From a bacterium (GTDB lineage: Bacteria; Chlamydiota; Chlamydiia; Chlamydiales; SM23-39), in NCBI GenBank assembly GCA_021781995.1, contig JAJXVT010000004.1, positions 1-63,449 of the forward strand: a DNA stretch of 63,449 nt. Reading direction: 5' to 3'. The position numbers and the translations under genes were made by a program. How positions within the stretch are numbered: position 1 is the stretch's first letter; every line of letters starts with the position of its first letter. The notes below the pieces were generated by a model. It was given only the letters and a program-made list of their open reading frames with translations, was not told the origin of the DNA and did not search any database. Positions 17,572 to 25,748 of the stretch are shown piece after piece.

Positions 17572-18609
17572 TCAATCGCGAACGGTATAAGGGCGGGCAA
17601 TGCAAGCGCCATGCAGCGCAATAATTTGCAGCGCTTGTAAAAGGATGTCCTGCTGCGCTTTTTGAAATGACAAGGTTTCTTTATACTGCGTATATGCCTG
17701 AATTTGCAATTCTAGGCCATGTGGGCCAAATTCCACTATATTTGCAAAATAATCATATGCCGAATCTACCGCAGGGTGATTTTGCAACATTTGCGTTAGG
17801 TCTTGTAAAATAGATGACATTTTCACATGATCTGCATAAGAAATTTGTAAATGAGCTTTCATTTTCCGACGGCTCATTCTTGAAATATTTTCTAAGATAA
17901 TTGTAGAAAATATCGAATTTGGAATGAAAAGCTCTCTTTTTTCAAGAGTTCTAACTTGTGTAAGTCTCCATCCTATATGTTCTACGATTCCTTCAATTTG
18001 CCGATCGGGAGATGCGATCCAATCGCCAATTTCAAACTGCCGATCTAAAAAAATCATCAATCGACCAAAGAGATTCGAGAGTAAATCCTTAGCAGCAAAG
18101 CCCAACGCAACGCCGCCCATCCCCCCAAACGCTAAAAGTCCAGACAAAGGCACTCCAAGAGCTTGAAATACCCCTAGACCACCAAAAAAAAACAAAAAAA
18201 TCTTTAAAATGCGAATAATCCCTTGAGCCGTGGATTGATCATACTTAAGCTTCTGACCCGCTCCGATCTTATCTTCTAGTTCACTAATAAAGCGAAATAA
18301 GATCCACACTAATAGAAGAACAGCCCCTACTTGATACAAATTTGGCAACCAATTGATTAGCAATAAGCGAGCCGGTTCAAATTGATTTACTAACACCCGC
18401 ATAGCGCAGTAAGCTCCGGTCCACCATATGAATATTCGCGATGGCACATCGAGCGCGTACACTAATGGATTGCTCCAAATCCTAGCCTTTTTTTCCGCTC
18501 TATTGCGAACTTTGCGAAAACTCCATCGCTCAACAAACGCAGCAGCTACTGATAATATAGCAATGCCTATCAGCTCAAAAACATAAAAATTTTGATATAT
18601 CCATTGCAT
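17572..18609 (-). CDS. Mechanosensitive ion channel, MscS family
   Basis: Several N-terminal TM helices, a pore-helix-like GLLAFGGMGGVALGFAAKDLLSN, and a beta domain with FEIGDWI...GIVEHIGWRLTQVRT...IPNSIF. Confidence 0.85.
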   Translation of the reverse strand: MQWIYQNFYVFELIGIAILSVAAAFVERWSFRKVRNRAEKKARIWSNPLVYALDVPSRIFIWWTGAYCAMRVLVNQFEPARLLLINWLPNLYQVGAVLLLVWILFRFISELEDKIGAGQKLKYDQSTAQGIIRILKIFLFFFGGLGVFQALGVPLSGLLAFGGMGGVALGFAAKDLLSNLFGRLMIFLDRQFEIGDWIASPDRQIEGIVEHIGWRLTQVRTLEKRELFIPNSIFSTIILENISRMSRRKMKAHLQISYADHVKMSSILQDLTQMLQNHPAVDSAYDYFANIVEFGPHGLELQIQAYTQYKETLSFQKAQQDILLQALQIIALHGACIARPYTVRD

Positions 18610-18669
18610 CTGTAAACCATATGTGAATTTCTCGCAAACCAGCCGAAAAACACTCTTAGAGATCCTTAC

Positions 18670-19863
18670 TTAATGACTTCGGCGAAAACGATTGTTTCTG
18701 CCATTGGGAATTGGTTGAGCTGCAATGGTTGGATCTACTTCAAAACCAGGCTCGACTTTCTTTTCGATCTTGTGCTTAAGCAGTTTTTCGATGTTATCCA
18801 AAAGTTTGAGTTCATCAATACAGACTAAAGAACAAGCCCACCCTTTATTTCCTGAACGACCGGTGCGGCCAATGCGATGCACGTAATCTTCGGGAACATT
18901 AGGCAGCTCAAAATTTACTACATGAGGCAATTGATCAATATCGAGACCGCGTGCGGCAATATCAGTTGCTACAAGAACTTTGAGCTCGCCTGATTTAAAA
19001 CCGGCAAGAGCTTTAGTTCTTGCTGATTGGCTTTTATTGCCGTGAATTGCTTCAGAAATAATGCCGTCCGATGAAAGTTTCGCAGCCAGTTTATTCGCAC
19101 CATGCTTAGTTCGCGTAAACACCAAAACTTGCTCCCATCGATTTTGCTGAATCAAATTCGACAGCAGCTCTGTTTTACGCCGATTATCCACAGGATAAAT
19201 AATATGCGTGACTAAATCATTGGCAGAATTTTGTTTTGCTACAGAAATCGTTTGCGGATTTACCAAGATTCCGGAAGCTAATTTCTTAATTTCATCGGAA
19301 AAAGTAGCCGAAAAAAGCAAATTTTGTCTTTTAGCAGGGACTAGATTAAGAATTTTTTTAATATCGTGAATAAAGCCCATATCTAGCATTCGATCGGCCT
19401 CATCTAAAACTAAAATTTCAATTTGAGAAAGACTGATAACAGACTGCGATACTAAATCCAACAGCCTTCCAGGTGTTGCGATCAAGATGTCAACTCCGCG
19501 CTTAAGTTGTTGAATCTGGCGGTTAATATTGATTCCGCCAAATACCACCTGTGTTTTAAACGGCAAATGCTTGCTGTAGGTTGCGACATTTTCGCCAACT
19601 TGTGCAGCGAGCTCACGCGTCGGAGTGAGAATTAAGGCGCGTATCGCTGGTTTGTTTTTTCTAGTATTCATCAGCGCTTGAAGAAGAGGCAACGTAAAAC
19701 CTGCGGTTTTTCCAGTTCCGGTTTGCGCACTTGCTAAAATATCATGCCCTTCAAGGATTAAAGGAATTGCTTTCGCTTGAATGGGAGTAGCTTCTGTGTA
19801 GCCCTTTTCAGCGATAGCTTGCATGATTTCTTGCTGAAGACCTAGATTGTTAAAAGACATCAT
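18670..19863 (-). CDS. DEAD-box ATP-dependent RNA helicase (RhlE-like)
   Basis: Q-motif F..LGL...[38 protein letters not shown]. The start is moved to MMSFNNLGL; the track's 19986 start adds 41 unsupported codons that overlap the upstream gene. Confidence 0.9.
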   Translation of the reverse strand: MMSFNNLGLQQEIMQAIAEKGYTEATPIQAKAIPLILEGHDILASAQTGTGKTAGFTLPLLQALMNTRKNKPAIRALILTPTRELAAQVGENVATYSKHLPFKTQVVFGGININRQIQQLKRGVDILIATPGRLLDLVSQSVISLSQIEILVLDEADRMLDMGFIHDIKKILNLVPAKRQNLLFSATFSDEIKKLASGILVNPQTISVAKQNSANDLVTHIIYPVDNRRKTELLSNLIQQNRWEQVLVFTRTKHGANKLAAKLSSDGIISEAIHGNKSQSARTKALAGFKSGELKVLVATDIAARGLDIDQLPHVVNFELPNVPEDYVHRIGRTGRSGNKGWACSLVCIDELKLLDNIEKLLKHKIEKKVEPGFEVDPTIAAQPIPNGRNNRFRRSH

Positions 19864-19982
19864 TTTTCCTTGGATTTTCGTTATATTCTCAAAGAAGTAT
19901 GTCAAATTAGACTTTAATTTCCCATCTAATTTTAACACAAAAAACCGGTTATTGACAGTCGACACAACATCGGCAAAAAAAC

Positions 19983-21605
19983 TCAAAATCTTTCTACAAT
20001 GTTTTGATACGGAACATGCTGCACAGCAATGGCGCGATCAATCGCTATACTCGCAGCAATTCCTGCATGCTCACCAATTGTCATGAATACAGGCTCCATG
20101 CGCATCGATCCATATGCTACATGAGATGCAGACAAACACATCAGCACAAATAAATTTTCGCATTGTTCTTGTTTTGGCACGATCGATCGATAACTAATGC
20201 GGCCAGGCTGCGATAACGATTTATAAAACGCTCCATCTATCATTAAAAATTGATCTGATCCTACAACATATCTGACTCCGTGAGAATCCATAGCGTAAGT
20301 ACAAAAAGCGATCGGATCAGGGACTAAATCTGGTTGCAACAATGTATTTTCAGTTGTGATATATTCACCTAACAATCGTCTTCCTTCTCTAATATACAAC
20401 TGATATGGCCAATGCCCGTTATCGACAAATTCGTCTTTAGCTAGCCCCCATTTTTGCAATCGAGCTCGAATCTTTTGAGGAATTCGAGGATGATTTTGCA
20501 GCGTCCACAACAAACCCAATTGCCAGTTTTTATGGGCAAGAGCAATTCTACTTCTTTCTTCGTAACTACTTTCTACGTAATTATAACTCATTCCTACAAA
20601 ATCTGTAGACACTCCTGACGAATTATTAGAATCCGTTTTGCGATTTGGCAAAAGGTCAAGTTTAAAAAAACGATTCCATGGCATGCCTAAAGCTAATGCG
20701 CGAAACACAATTTCATAATCCAGTTCCTGATAATTCTCAGGCTTAAGTATGTCGACTTTATTTTCAGGAACATCCGTTAAACACATTCTATAATTATATG
20801 CTTGTACTCGAAAATCACCCTCTCCTTCCTCTTCTTGCGTCATTGCTTCTATACGCGGCAAAAGCCCGCTATTAGGATCTTTTGGAATCACATACGGATC
20901 TAAACCTCCTCTTTGAGGAAGTTCAGAACGACGAACATTATAATGAATGCCATTTTGAGTTTCTCCATAAAGACTATTTGCTTCTCTTCCAATGGCATAG
21001 CTAATGCCAGAAGCTGCCATTAAATCTCCTTCATAACTAGCATCAATAAAAACATGACCGACGAATGAACGTCCAGATTCCATGGTGATTTTTTTAATTT
21101 GATTATTCACTTTATCCACGCCATGTTGTCTATCTAAACGTTCATTATACAAAACCTCGACCCCCGCTTCTTGAAGCATGTCGAGAAACACTCTTTCAGC
21201 CACATGAGGTTCAAACACCCAAAGCGTTTGAGCCGGAGGAGCATGCATAAATTGTCCTTGAATCATACGCTTTTCTTCAAAAATCCATGCATTGGGCTGT
21301 TCGTAGTGCATCCAGACTCTGTGAAAAAAATCCATGGTCCGTTTTCCTAATAATTTAGGATCGCATACATCCACCCAGCCTAAACCGCTTGCCGTCATAC
21401 CGCCGATGTGATTGGTAGGTTCAATCAAAATCACCGAGTTCCCTCGATTCACTAATTCAATTGCCGCAAAAATGCCGCTACATGTGCCCCCGTATATAAC
21501 GGCATCGCACACTTCAGCAGCATATGCAAATGTATTTGTAAGCACCAACAGAACTAAACAAACAATCCGACAAAAACATTGCCTAACGACAAACATATCT
21601 ACCAT
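19983..21605 (-). CDS. Secreted FAD-dependent oxidoreductase (FAD_oxidored / 'xanthan-lyase-like' family)
   Basis: Signal-peptide-like [16 protein letters not shown], then the dinucleotide-binding motif [41 protein letters not shown]. Confidence 0.7.
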   Translation of the reverse strand: MVDMFVVRQCFCRIVCLVLLVLTNTFAYAAEVCDAVIYGGTCSGIFAAIELVNRGNSVILIEPTNHIGGMTASGLGWVDVCDPKLLGKRTMDFFHRVWMHYEQPNAWIFEEKRMIQGQFMHAPPAQTLWVFEPHVAERVFLDMLQEAGVEVLYNERLDRQHGVDKVNNQIKKITMESGRSFVGHVFIDASYEGDLMAASGISYAIGREANSLYGETQNGIHYNVRRSELPQRGGLDPYVIPKDPNSGLLPRIEAMTQEEEGEGDFRVQAYNYRMCLTDVPENKVDILKPENYQELDYEIVFRALALGMPWNRFFKLDLLPNRKTDSNNSSGVSTDFVGMSYNYVESSYEERSRIALAHKNWQLGLLWTLQNHPRIPQKIRARLQKWGLAKDEFVDNGHWPYQLYIREGRRLLGEYITTENTLLQPDLVPDPIAFCTYAMDSHGVRYVVGSDQFLMIDGAFYKSLSQPGRISYRSIVPKQEQCENLFVLMCLSASHVAYGSMRMEPVFMTIGEHAGIAASIAIDRAIAVQHVPYQNIVERF

Positions 21606-21617
21606 CCTATGAACGTT

Positions 21618-23876
21618 TTAAAATCGTTTCCCTAATTCTAAACTTGCGAAATACGATTGATAAGAAAATCCCAGCATTGCTTCCGCCATCAACGCGATAT
21701 ATGGATAGCGAGTATTATTTGGAAAATAAGAACCAAAAATCTGGACATCACCTAAATTTTGCACAACAGAACTCCCAGTTGCAATGGGAAATGCAGAAGC
21801 AGCCCCGCCTACAAAATAAGTACTGATGCTATTGACATTAAACGGCACTTGATTCACATAACAAAATTTTTGTTCAAAAGTGAAAACACCATTTTGCTTT
21901 TGCACTTGTTCATAAAATCGAATACCTATCTCACTTTGTAAAAGTGAATTGTACAACGAGCCTAAAATGAGATTGAATGCAGAAGATCCGGTTTCAGCAT
22001 AGCTGTGTTGCCAATTGTTAACCCAGTCAAACATCGCAAATGGTTCGACGCGATAATGCCCTTTAATTCCAATAGGAAAAGCAACTTCCAAATGCGGAGA
22101 CAGAATCCAACCGTGAGTTTTACCATAAGAAGTGGCAATGGCTAGCATATGCCGTTCATTTCTCAGCTGATAACCACCGCCCCAAATCGCAGCATTTGTT
22201 CGCACATAATCATTGTGATAAATCATATACAAACAACCGAGTTCTTCATCTATTTTACTATGTCCCAATCCTTGTTGATAGGCCGCGTAATTAAAAGCAT
22301 AGCCAAAACCTGCTCCGACAAGAAAATTTCCCATTGTTCGATCGTAACCGAGAAGAATCCCACCAACAGTATTGTCATAAGTAGGAATGTAATTTTGCGA
22401 TTGAACGTGTACATAATTAAAAATTGGAACTGCCCAAAAGACATTTTGTGGATTTATGTCTCCACGCTCGCGTTGCATTGCTTGGCATGGATCTGTGCTT
22501 GCCATAAGAGCAAGCGAAGCTGTATTTGAATTGACTTTGACATTCATTTTAATAAAATGTGTTTCGAGCGCAGAAGCAGCAGCCAGCTGCGAATACACTG
22601 CCGATGCATATGCACCGAACGACTGAGGAGTTGCGGCATCAATGATTGTCGCTGAAGAAATGCCTATCACCCCATTTGGATCTGGAACGGTATAAATTGT
22701 AAGAGGAACAACAGTCCCATTAGGGGCTATAAGAGCGCCATAATTGAGGGTATTTGCATTTGCATCTGTAGTAAAGCCACCGATTAAGCCGATTCCTGCT
22801 TGATTTATAGAAACTGAATCAATTTCACCGCTAAAAGTTTGCGGTACATCCAGAGAAATAGTCTGTCCATTTGGCAAAACAAGAAACGCTAAAGGGTAAT
22901 GCGCTCCTGCCGATACGCTGTATCCTCCCACAAGCCCCGCGTTTGCGTTATTGATTGAAACGGAAGAGAAAACAGACCCGCCGCCAACAGAGGCTCCTAA
23001 AATCTCAGAAACATTTCCATTGGCTGCAACAAAAGCTGCATAAGAATAATCGCCTTTATATCCCGCAACCAATCCATTGTTGAAATTATTGATAGATACA
23101 GCATCTATAGCTCCGCTAGCTACGGGTAAATTCACAGGTGTGATATTATTATCTATATCAACAAAAGCAGCATACAGATCTGTGCTGTTTGCGCTGACTA
23201 GCGCAGTCCCAGTGTTGTTGATGGAAATCGAGGTTACAAATGACGTGGCAGGTAGAGTGATCGGTATTAAAGTACCGCTAGATGAAATTTCTGCCAAATA
23301 ACTAGCACTAGACAAATTCCCCCCCACGAGCGTTCTTCCAGAATTTCCAATGCTTACAGCGTGCATGGTGATCCCTGTAGGTACGGGTATTTGCGCAGGC
23401 ACGGCAGCAAGAGAAACTAAAGCAAGATACTGACCGGAACCGCTAAGACCGCTAATTACGCCATTTCCAAGATTGTTCAATGAAACCCGAGTGATGCTGC
23501 CTATGGGGAGATCGGACAGCGGCACAACCTGATTACTTGGCAAAATAAATGCAGCATATGCCTCCCCATTGCCAGCTCCACCAACAAGACCTAAGCCTGC
23601 TTGATTTAATGCACTGTTGGAAATGCCTCCGTTAACTATCGAATCTCCCAAAACGTTATTTGGATTCAGTCCTTGACTGAGCACGCCCGCATATGGATAG
23701 TACACAGAGCCGTTGTATGATTCACCTCCTAACAGCCCAACAATTTTGGCTGCATGCAACTCTTGCTGTACAATAAAAGTCAACGCAAGCCACACAGGTG
23801 GTGCTAGCAAATAACGAAAAACCCATTTCACATAATCAAATTTTATATAATTTTCTAATGATCTTAACTGTAACAT
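21618..23876 (-). CDS. Autotransporter (type Va) outer-membrane protein, paralog A: signal peptide, ~7 x 40-aa modular passenger, C-terminal beta-barrel
   Basis: Signal peptide ...LTFIVQQELHA/AK. Modules of the form [IV]xSVSINNxGxGLVGG...YAAFVxxxGxxxP. Beta-domain WAVPIFNYVHVQ...GGILLGYD...GAGFGYAFNY...FAMFDWVNNW... ending LELGKRF (terminal Phe). Confidence 0.8.
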   Translation of the reverse strand: MLQLRSLENYIKFDYVKWVFRYLLAPPVWLALTFIVQQELHAAKIVGLLGGESYNGSVYYPYAGVLSQGLNPNNVLGDSIVNGGISNSALNQAGLGLVGGAGNGEAYAAFILPSNQVVPLSDLPIGSITRVSLNNLGNGVISGLSGSGQYLALVSLAAVPAQIPVPTGITMHAVSIGNSGRTLVGGNLSSASYLAEISSSGTLIPITLPATSFVTSISINNTGTALVSANSTDLYAAFVDIDNNITPVNLPVASGAIDAVSINNFNNGLVAGYKGDYSYAAFVAANGNVSEILGASVGGGSVFSSVSINNANAGLVGGYSVSAGAHYPLAFLVLPNGQTISLDVPQTFSGEIDSVSINQAGIGLIGGFTTDANANTLNYGALIAPNGTVVPLTIYTVPDPNGVIGISSATIIDAATPQSFGAYASAVYSQLAAASALETHFIKMNVKVNSNTASLALMASTDPCQAMQRERGDINPQNVFWAVPIFNYVHVQSQNYIPTYDNTVGGILLGYDRTMGNFLVGAGFGYAFNYAAYQQGLGHSKIDEELGCLYMIYHNDYVRTNAAIWGGGYQLRNERHMLAIATSYGKTHGWILSPHLEVAFPIGIKGHYRVEPFAMFDWVNNWQHSYAETGSSAFNLILGSLYNSLLQSEIGIRFYEQVQKQNGVFTFEQKFCYVNQVPFNVNSISTYFVGGAASAFPIATGSSVVQNLGDVQIFGSYFPNNTRYPYIALMAEAMLGFSYQSYFASLELGKRF

Positions 23877-23973
23877 AAACGAATCCCCTCACATCACTCA
23901 ATCACATAATGGATACAACTTTACAAAGCAACTTTTGAATGCATTTGGGTGTGGTTTGCATGGGAACGTCGCT

Positions 23974-24588
23974 TTAATGGTGCGAATCAATTTCAACAGG
24001 CTGAGGCCGAATGTACCAATAACTCGGCCCGTAGTTATAGCACAATTGCTCTCCCACAGAAATTTTTTTCAAAGCAACAAAAATGACATGAAAAAAACCG
24101 TCGAGAAAAACATAAGTAGGCTTTAAATTTGGCATTTTGCTGTGATTGATAAACCGAGCCAAACTCCCGCTGGTTGCATCAATCACATGAGAGCGCCCTA
24201 ACTCATCTAAAATTGGATATTCATAACAATAATGATTGAGAGGTTCTATATAACGGCGATTATTTTTACGCACTAAACCGGTATATTCTCCAACAAATTG
24301 ATGAACTCCTATCGATTCAGCCGCAAAAAGCCCACAACCAATATTCTCATCAATCCATCGAACCTCGGATGGGACAAAATGATGCATCTCCATTAGCGAA
24401 CGATACATTTCCCCCATCGCCACAGATTTTTTAGACACACATCCGGCACGAAAAGCGCGCATCCCTCGTTCCAATAGCTCAGCTCGCGCAGCTTCGCTTT
24501 CAAATCGATTTTGAGTAAAGTATTGAAAATGGAATTTCCTTTCCAAACCACGGATAAAACGAAACGGTACTCCGCTATAACAATGCAT
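23974..24588 (-). CDS. SET-domain protein (putative protein-lysine methyltransferase, chlamydial NUE/cpnSET-like)
   Basis: GCGLFAAESIGVHQFVGEYTG, ARFINHSKMPN (NHS/C-xxPN motif), GEQLCYNYG (ELxF/YDY motif). Confidence 0.8.
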   Translation of the reverse strand: MHCYSGVPFRFIRGLERKFHFQYFTQNRFESEAARAELLERGMRAFRAGCVSKKSVAMGEMYRSLMEMHHFVPSEVRWIDENIGCGLFAAESIGVHQFVGEYTGLVRKNNRRYIEPLNHYCYEYPILDELGRSHVIDATSGSLARFINHSKMPNLKPTYVFLDGFFHVIFVALKKISVGEQLCYNYGPSYWYIRPQPVEIDSHH

Positions 24589-24621
24589 CTATAGCCTCTT
24601 CACCTCAAATACATACAAAAA

Positions 24622-24658
24622 AGGACAAAAACCTCGGCCAATGGAGGTTATCCAAGCT
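24622..24658 (-). terminator. Weak intrinsic terminator after the lipase gene
   Basis: Minus strand AACCTC-cattggcc-GAGGTT followed by TTTTGTCCTTTTTTG. Confidence 0.35.
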
Positions 24659-24714
24659 TTTGCGCTCATATGAAAATATATACACAAATGAATCTAGAAG
24701 TGTAAGAAATAATT

Positions 24715-25647
24715 TTAAGGAATGGCCATGATAAATCTACCAACTCGATCGGCAACTTGAGCCGAAAAAATGAGCGCTAAATGCCCCAAATCATCTATTT
24801 GACAATGTTCCACATTCGGCAAGTCAGATGATACAAGAGCCGAATCTAAGGGAACGATCAAATCTGCTTTAGATCCCACGTGCAACCGCTTCGTGCCAAT
24901 AGGCAAAGACCGCCTGAATAAATTGGAAATAAATTTTGAGCCTGATCTCATCTCTGCCGCGTCCAGCCCCGGAGCTATGCGCGCTAAAAAAGTTCCTTGA
25001 AGCGGAGAGCCAATCGTAATCAATGCAGGGATGTAACGCTCTCGATATGACGTTACATAATCGGTGCAGACTAGCCCGCCTTTGGAATGTCCAATTAAAA
25101 TAATATCGGTGCGATTTGTCAACGCTTCAATGGTGCTTAAGCGCTGTCTAACCTGATGTGCATACGTCTGAATTGACCGAAAACTCCCCACATTCATTGT
25201 ATAAATCGGACCGATGCCTGCTTGCTGCGATAAACGTTTGCGAAAAACATCCCAGGACGATCCAAAACTAAAATATCCATTCACTAATAAAATGGGACGA
25301 CCTTCTTTTTTAGGAGCATTGTGATATCGCTGAAACAAAGTGTAAGGAAATAAATACACCGATTGCATGATACTGTCCGCTTCCGTTACTATTCCATGCA
25401 ACACGCGAATGAAAGGAACACAAATTCCCCTGACTACATTTCGATTCAAAACAACGATCAATGCCGAAGCGAAATAACAACCTGATAAGCCAAGCGACGC
25501 CGCGGTCATCCACATAGGAGCTTGCAGAGCAAACGCTGCGGCCGCAATGCAGCTCGCCAATAACGCGCGCAGCGCATAACGACGAACAGAAAAATTCACA
25601 TCCCCTAAAACAGGACATTCACGAGCGCTCACGACTGCGATAGGCAT
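24715..25647 (-). CDS. Membrane-anchored alpha/beta-hydrolase (lipase/esterase) with an N-terminal bilobed hydrophobic (Inc-like) domain
   Basis: Two hydrophobic lobes, ALLASCIAAAAFAL-QAPMW-MTAASLGLSGCYFASALIVVL. Nucleophile elbow LIGHSKGG, and candidate Asp (SKADLIVP) and His (DLGHLAL) of the triad. Confidence 0.7.
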   Translation of the reverse strand: MPIAVVSARECPVLGDVNFSVRRYALRALLASCIAAAAFALQAPMWMTAASLGLSGCYFASALIVVLNRNVVRGICVPFIRVLHGIVTEADSIMQSVYLFPYTLFQRYHNAPKKEGRPILLVNGYFSFGSSWDVFRKRLSQQAGIGPIYTMNVGSFRSIQTYAHQVRQRLSTIEALTNRTDIILIGHSKGGLVCTDYVTSYRERYIPALITIGSPLQGTFLARIAPGLDAAEMRSGSKFISNLFRRSLPIGTKRLHVGSKADLIVPLDSALVSSDLPNVEHCQIDDLGHLALIFSAQVADRVGRFIMAIP

Positions 25648-25748
25648 TCTTTCTCCCTATTTCTTCGCTTTGGTATTTGAGTATAAAAACAGTTGCATAT
25701 TATATATTTGTTTTTTTAACGTACAAAAAACACAACTCGGGGCACCGC

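Noticed and set aside
19864-19986. Track N-terminal extensions: helicase 19986, rsmE 7690, yqeY 29421, HEAT protein 57320, HIT 58835, sufE 54082, rplL 49821, rpoB 49316, nusG 52088, small protein 39062
   Set aside because: The extensions add non-conserved residues and often overlap the upstream gene. Family-typical N-termini and SD sequences support the internal ATGs used in the feature list.
25310-25618. 102-aa alternative-frame ORF inside the lipase gene
   Set aside because: It is on the same strand in a different frame, with a Cys/Arg-rich product. The 310-aa frame carries the GHSKG hydrolase motifs.
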